Source of the DNA: a virus
Virus genome (UHGV): UHGV-0374663
Length of the DNA stretch: 28,845 nt
Direction: 5' to 3' (one strand)
In this document: positions 24,449-28,845 of the stretch, one piece after another
How positions within the stretch are numbered: the first letter of the stretch is position 1
How the letters are laid out: each line of letters opens with the position of its first letter
Made by a program: the position numbers and the translations under genes
The notes under the pieces: generated by a model
What the model saw: only the letters and a program-made list of their open reading frames with translations
Told to the model about the DNA's origin: nothing
Database searches by the model: none

Positions 24449-26888
24449 CAATGTAAAATTACAGGTATTGCTCAGGGCTGTTGACCAGGCATCCCGCCCG
24501 TTTAAATCCATCCGCACAGCGAGCAAGTCGCTGTCGGGGGATATCCGGGAAACACAAAAATCACTGCGCGAGCTGAACGGTCAGGCATCCCGTATTGAGG
24601 GGTTCCGCAAGACCAGTGCACAGCTCGCCGTGACTGGTCAGGAACTGAAAAAAGCCAGACAGGAAGCCGCAGCACTGGCTGTCCAGTTTAAAAATACTGA
24701 ACGACCAACAAATGCACAGGCAAAGGCAATGGAAGCCGCGCGTAAAAATGTGTCGGAGTTACAGGCGAAATATAACAGCCTGAGATTGTCGGTACAGCGC
24801 CAGCGTCAGGAACTGAGTCAGGCGGGTATTAATACCCGTAATCTGGCGCATGATGAACGAGGGCTGAAAAACCGTATCAGTGAAACCACCGTACAGCTTA
24901 ACCGGCAGCGTGACGCGCTGGCGCGTGTCAGTGCGCAACAGGCAAAACTTAACGCAGTAAAACAGCGTTATCAGGCCGGAAAGGAACTGGCCGGAAATAT
25001 GGCCTCAGTGGGCGCTGCCGGTGTGGGGATTGCTGCTGCGGGAACGATGGCCGGTGTTAAGCTGCTGATGCCCGGTTATGAGTTTGCGCAGAAAAACTCA
25101 GAATTGCAGGCTGTGCTCGGTGTCGCAAAAGACTCCGCCGAAATGGCCGCGCTACGCAAACAGGCGCGCCAGCTCGGCGACAATACCGCAGCCTCGGCAG
25201 ATGATGCAGCCGGTGCACAGATTATCATTGCGAAAGCGGGTGGAGATGCTGCGGCTATTCAGGCGGCAACGCCGGTCACGCTGAATATGGCACTGGCGAA
25301 TCAGCGGTCGATGGAAGAAAACGCGCAACTGTTGCTGGGGACTAAAGCATCTTTTCAACTGTCAAATGATGATGTCAGCCATGTGGGCGATGTGTTGTCG
25401 GCAACGATGAATAAGTCGGCGGCTGATTTTCAGGGACTCAGTGATGCACTGACTTATCTTGGCCCGGTCGCAAGAACGGCAGGTGTAAGTCTTGAGCAGG
25501 CAGCAGCCATGACCGGTGTGCTGCATGACAATAACATCAGGGGGTCAATGGCGGGTACTGGTAGTAGTGCCGTTGTCACCCGATTACAGGCTCCGACAGG
25601 GAAAGCATGGGAAGCACTCAAAGAGCTTGGCGTTAAAACCTCGGACAAAAAGGGAAATATGCGTCCGTTGTTCACCATTCTGAAAGAGATTCAGGCCAGC
25701 TTTGATAAACACAAGCTGGGAACGTCTCAGAAGGGGGAATACCTTAAAACCATTTTTGGTGAGGAAGCCCTGAAATCAGCGAACGTTTTACTGGCAGCGG
25801 CTGCAAGCGGAAAGCTGGATAAGCTGACCGCCACGCTGAAAGCCTCGGACGGTAAAACGGAAGAGCTGGTTAAAATCATGCAGGATAACCTCGGCGGTGA
25901 CTTTAAGGAGTTTCAGTCCGCTTATGAGGCGGTGGGGACAGACCTGTTTGACCAGCAGGAAGGCGCACTGCGTAAGCTCACTCAGACGGCCACAAAGTAT
26001 GTGTTAAAACTCGACGGCTGGATCCAGAAAAACAAATCACTGGCGTCAACCATCGGCCTCATTGTCGGTGGCGCGCTGGCGCTTATTGGCATCATCGGTG
26101 CCATTGGTCTTGTAGCCTGGCCGGTTATCACCGGCATCAATGCCATCATCGCGGCAGCAGGCGCAATGGGGGCAATCTTCACGACGGTTGGCAGTGCTGT
26201 TATGACCGCCATCGGGGCGATTAGCTGGCCGGTTGTGGCCGTGGTGGCAGCCATTGTCGCCGGGACGTTGCTTATCCGTAAATACTGGGAGCCTGTCAGC
26301 GCATTCTTTGGCGGTGTGGTTGAAGGGCTGAAAGCGGCATTTGCGCCGGTGGGGGAACTGTTCACGCCACTTAAGCCGGTGTTTGACTGGCTGGGCGAAA
26401 AGTTACAGGCCGCGTGGCAGTGGTTTAAAAACCTGATTGCCCCGGTCAAAGCCACACAGGACACCCTGAACCGTTGCCGTGACACGGGCGTCATGTTCGG
26501 GCAGGCACTGGCTGACGCGTTGATGCTACCGCTTAATGCGTTCAACAAACTGCGCAGCGGTATTGACTGGGTACTGGAAAAACTCGGTGTTATCAACAAA
26601 GAGTCAGACACACTTGACCAGACCGCAGCCAGAACTCATGCCGCCACGTATGGCACCGGTGGTTATATTCCGGCGACCAGCTCTTATGCAGGCTATCAGG
26701 CTTATCAGCCGGTTACGGCACCGGCTGGCCGCTCTTATGTGGACCAGAGTAAAAACGAATATCACATCAACCTGACGGGTGGTACTGCGCCGGGGACACA
26801 GCTTGACCGCCAGTTACAGGATGCGCTCGAAAAATACGAGCGGGATAAACGTGCGCGCGCCCGTGCCAGCATGATGCATGACGGTTAA
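24441..26888 (+). CDS. T: Tail tape measure protein
   Basis: 815 aa, the P2 gpT length; coiled-coil N-terminus and Gly/Ala-rich transmembrane-like core. Confidence 0.95.
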   Translation: MSNNVKLQVLLRAVDQASRPFKSIRTASKSLSGDIRETQKSLRELNGQASRIEGFRKTSAQLAVTGQELKKARQEAAALAVQFKNTERPTNAQAKAMEAARKNVSELQAKYNSLRLSVQRQRQELSQAGINTRNLAHDERGLKNRISETTVQLNRQRDALARVSAQQAKLNAVKQRYQAGKELAGNMASVGAAGVGIAAAGTMAGVKLLMPGYEFAQKNSELQAVLGVAKDSAEMAALRKQARQLGDNTAASADDAAGAQIIIAKAGGDAAAIQAATPVTLNMALANQRSMEENAQLLLGTKASFQLSNDDVSHVGDVLSATMNKSAADFQGLSDALTYLGPVARTAGVSLEQAAAMTGVLHDNNIRGSMAGTGSSAVVTRLQAPTGKAWEALKELGVKTSDKKGNMRPLFTILKEIQASFDKHKLGTSQKGEYLKTIFGEEALKSANVLLAAAASGKLDKLTATLKASDGKTEELVKIMQDNLGGDFKEFQSAYEAVGTDLFDQQEGALRKLTQTATKYVLKLDGWIQKNKSLASTIGLIVGGALALIGIIGAIGLVAWPVITGINAIIAAAGAMGAIFTTVGSAVMTAIGAISWPVVAVVAAIVAGTLLIRKYWEPVSAFFGGVVEGLKAAFAPVGELFTPLKPVFDWLGEKLQAAWQWFKNLIAPVKATQDTLNRCRDTGVMFGQALADALMLPLNAFNKLRSGIDWVLEKLGVINKESDTLDQTAARTHAATYGTGGYIPATSSYAGYQAYQPVTAPAGRSYVDQSKNEYHINLTGGTAPGTQLDRQLQDALEKYERDKRARARASMMHDG

Positions 26889-26902
26889 GGAGGTGATGAA
26901 AA

Positions 26903-27382
26903 ATGATGCTCGCGTTAGGTATGTTTGTTTTTATGCGCCAGACGCTGCCACACCAGACCATGCAGCGTGAATCAGATTATCGCTGGCCGTCAAATTCCCG
27001 TATCGGTAAACGGGATGCCTACCAGTTTCTCGGCGTTGGCGAGGAAAACATCACGCTTGCCGGTGTGCTTTATCCCGAACTGACCGGCGGCAAGCTGACG
27101 ATGACCACGCTCAGGCTGATGGCAGAGGAGGGGCGAGCGTGGCCGTTGCTGGATGGCACCGGCATGATTTACGGCATGTATGTCATCAACAAGGTGAGTG
27201 AAACAGGGAGTATTTTCTTTGCAGACGGCACACCCCGGAAAATTGATTTTACGCTGTCGCTCACCCGCGTTGATGAATCACTGGCCGCGCTTTATGGCGA
27301 TATCGGTAAACAGGCGGAGTCGCTCATCGGTAAGACTGGCAGTATGGCGACCAGATTCACGGGTATGACGGGGGCAGGATAA
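26903..27382 (+). CDS. U: Tail protein U
   Basis: 159 aa, the P2 gpU length. Confidence 0.9.
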   Translation: MMLALGMFVFMRQTLPHQTMQRESDYRWPSNSRIGKRDAYQFLGVGEENITLAGVLYPELTGGKLTMTTLRLMAEEGRAWPLLDGTGMIYGMYVINKVSETGSIFFADGTPRKIDFTLSLTRVDESLAALYGDIGKQAESLIGKTGSMATRFTGMTGAG

Positions 27383-28545
27383 TGCTGGATGCGCTGACAT
27401 TTGATGCAGGCAGTACGCTGACGCCGGATTACATGCTGATGCTCGACAGCAGGGATATTACCGGCAATATCAGCGACCGTCTGATGAGCATGACTCTGAC
27501 GGATAACCGGGGCTTTGAGGCTGACCAGCTTGATATTGAACTGAACGATGCCGACGGGCAGGTCGAACTGCCGGTTCGTGGCGCTGTCCTGACGGTGTAT
27601 ATCGGCTGGAAAGGTTTTGCCCTGGTATGCAAAGGGAAATTCACCGTTGATGAGGTTGAACACCGGGGCGCGCCGGATGTGGTCACCATCCGCGCCCGGA
27701 GTGCAGATTTCCGCGGGACGCTCAATTCCCGCCGTGAAGGCTCCTGGCATGACACCACGCTCGGTGCGATTGTTGAGGCGATAGCCTCCCGTAACAGGCT
27801 GGAAGCCAGTGTCGCTCCGTCACTGGCCGGAATTAAAATTCCGCACATCGACCAGTCGCAGGAGTCTGATGCGAAATTCCTGACCCGCCTTGCAGAACGC
27901 AACGGCGGTGAGGTGTCGGTAAAAATGGGAAAACTGCTGTTTCTCAAAGCGGGGCAGGGGGTGACGGCCAGCGGTAAAAAAATCCCGCAGATTACCATCA
28001 CTCGCAGCGACGGCGACCGCCATCATTTTGCGATTGCTGACCGTGGAGCCTACACCGGTGTAACGGCAAAATGGCTACACACCAAAGACCCGAAGCCTCA
28101 AAAGCAGAAGGTAAAACTGAAACGCAAAAAGAAAGAGAAACACCTGCGCGCACTGGAGCACCCGAAAGCGAAACCGGTCAGGCAGAAGAAAGCGCCTAAA
28201 GTACCGGAAGCGCGTGAAGGTGAATACATGGCCGGTGAGGCTGACAACGTTTTTGCCCTGACCACGGTATATGCCACGAAAGCGCAGGCCATGCGCGCCG
28301 CTCAGGCGAAGTGGGATAAGCTGCAACGGGGCGTTGCGGAGTTCTCCATCAGTCTGGCTACCGGTCGTGCTGATATTTACACGGAAACACCGGTTAAAGT
28401 GTCAGGCTTTAAGCGCGTCATAGACGAGCAGGACTGGACAATCACTAAGGTGACACATTTTCTGAATAATAGCGGCTTCACGACGTCCTTGGAGCTTGAG
28501 GTCAGGCTTTCTGATGTGGAGTACGAAACAGAAGATGATGACTGA
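27382..28545 (+). CDS. D: Tail protein D (late control gene D family)
   Basis: 387 aa, the P2 gpD length. Confidence 0.9.
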   Translation: MLDALTFDAGSTLTPDYMLMLDSRDITGNISDRLMSMTLTDNRGFEADQLDIELNDADGQVELPVRGAVLTVYIGWKGFALVCKGKFTVDEVEHRGAPDVVTIRARSADFRGTLNSRREGSWHDTTLGAIVEAIASRNRLEASVAPSLAGIKIPHIDQSQESDAKFLTRLAERNGGEVSVKMGKLLFLKAGQGVTASGKKIPQITITRSDGDRHHFAIADRGAYTGVTAKWLHTKDPKPQKQKVKLKRKKKEKHLRALEHPKAKPVRQKKAPKVPEAREGEYMAGEADNVFALTTVYATKAQAMRAAQAKWDKLQRGVAEFSISLATGRADIYTETPVKVSGFKRVIDEQDWTITKVTHFLNNSGFTTSLELEVRLSDVEYETEDDD

Positions 28546-28629
28546 TGTTATTATTTTATCTGTTTGTTTTATAAGGATAAATTAACTAAAATGGCACCAT
28601 CAACAAAACCGGAAGAGGTGCTCGCGATG

Positions 28630-28845
28630 TTTCATTGTCCTTTATGCCAGCATGCCGCACATGCGCGTACAAGCCGCTATATCACTGACACGACAAAAGA
28701 GCGTTATCACCAGTGTCAGAACGTGAATTGCAGCGCCACGTTCATCACTTATGAGTCGGTACAGCGATACATCGTGAAGCCGGGAGAAGTCCACGCCGTA
28801 AGGCCGCACCCGTTACCATCAGGACAGCAAATTATGTGGATGTGA
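28630..28845 (+). CDS. ogr: Ogr, zinc-finger activator of late transcription
   Basis: 72 aa from MFHCPLCQHAAH...; Cys4 zinc finger (CPLC...CQNVNC). ORF-track frame starts at 28564, but the 72-aa form matches P2 Ogr. Confidence 0.88.
   Translation, partial: FHCPLCQHAAHARTSRYITDTTKERYHQCQNVNCSATFITYESVQRYIVKPGEVHAVRPHPLPSGQQIMWM

Larger units (their letters stand above)
1..28845. mobile_element. P2-like prophage, apparently complete from int to ogr
   Basis: Full P2 gene order with protein lengths matching P2 as recalled (Q 344, P 590, O 284, N 357, M 247, FI 396, FII 172, T 815, D 387, Ogr 72 aa). cos-like sequence present internally at 7875..7893, as expected for an integrated P2 genome. Window ends coincide with the int stop and ogr stop, so attL/attR are not visible. 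Confidence 0.9.

Noticed and set aside
1-28845. Search for tRNA genes, CRISPR arrays, IS elements and direct repeats flanking the cargo
   Set aside because: No cloverleaf-like tRNA candidates, no regularly spaced short repeats, no transposase-like ORF and no obvious target-site duplication around 5795..7874 were seen by eye; the cargo appears to have been exchanged by recombination within the phage backbone rather than by transposition.

Overview
The window is essentially one complete P2-like (Peduovirus-type) temperate prophage of an enterobacterium, running from the integrase stop codon at base 1 to the ogr stop codon at base 28845, so the att sites lie outside the window. Gene order and almost all protein lengths match the P2 layout as I recall it: int-C-cox-orf78-B-orf80-83-A, then the cos site, then Q-P (minus strand) and O-N-M-L-X-Y-K-lysA-lysB/lysC-R-S-V-W-J-I-H-G-FI-FII-E/E'-T-U-D-ogr. 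Two places depart from the backbone. (1) Between the end of replication gene A and cos, where P2 carries tin and old (a known hotspot for anti-phage systems), there is a visibly AT-rich two-gene cargo: a 443-aa protein with a Lys-rich N-terminus, a CxxC...HxxHxH zinc-finger-like motif and a clear C-terminal HNH nuclease motif, followed by a 139-aa protein with no motif I recognise. I consider this the best candidate for an undescribed defence or superinfection-exclusion module. (2) The tail-fibre gene H is broken: an N-terminal 227-codon ORF ends in a stop, followed by an inverted fragment of H collar repeats bounded by a perfect 86-bp inverted repeat, then a start-less Mu/P1/lambda-Stf-type C-terminal tip ORF that carries an in-frame DNA-invertase (hix/gix/cix-like) crossover-type sequence, with no invertase gene in the window. 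All calls are from reading the sequence and the ORF track; no database search was run, and P2 protein lengths and site sequences are quoted from memory.
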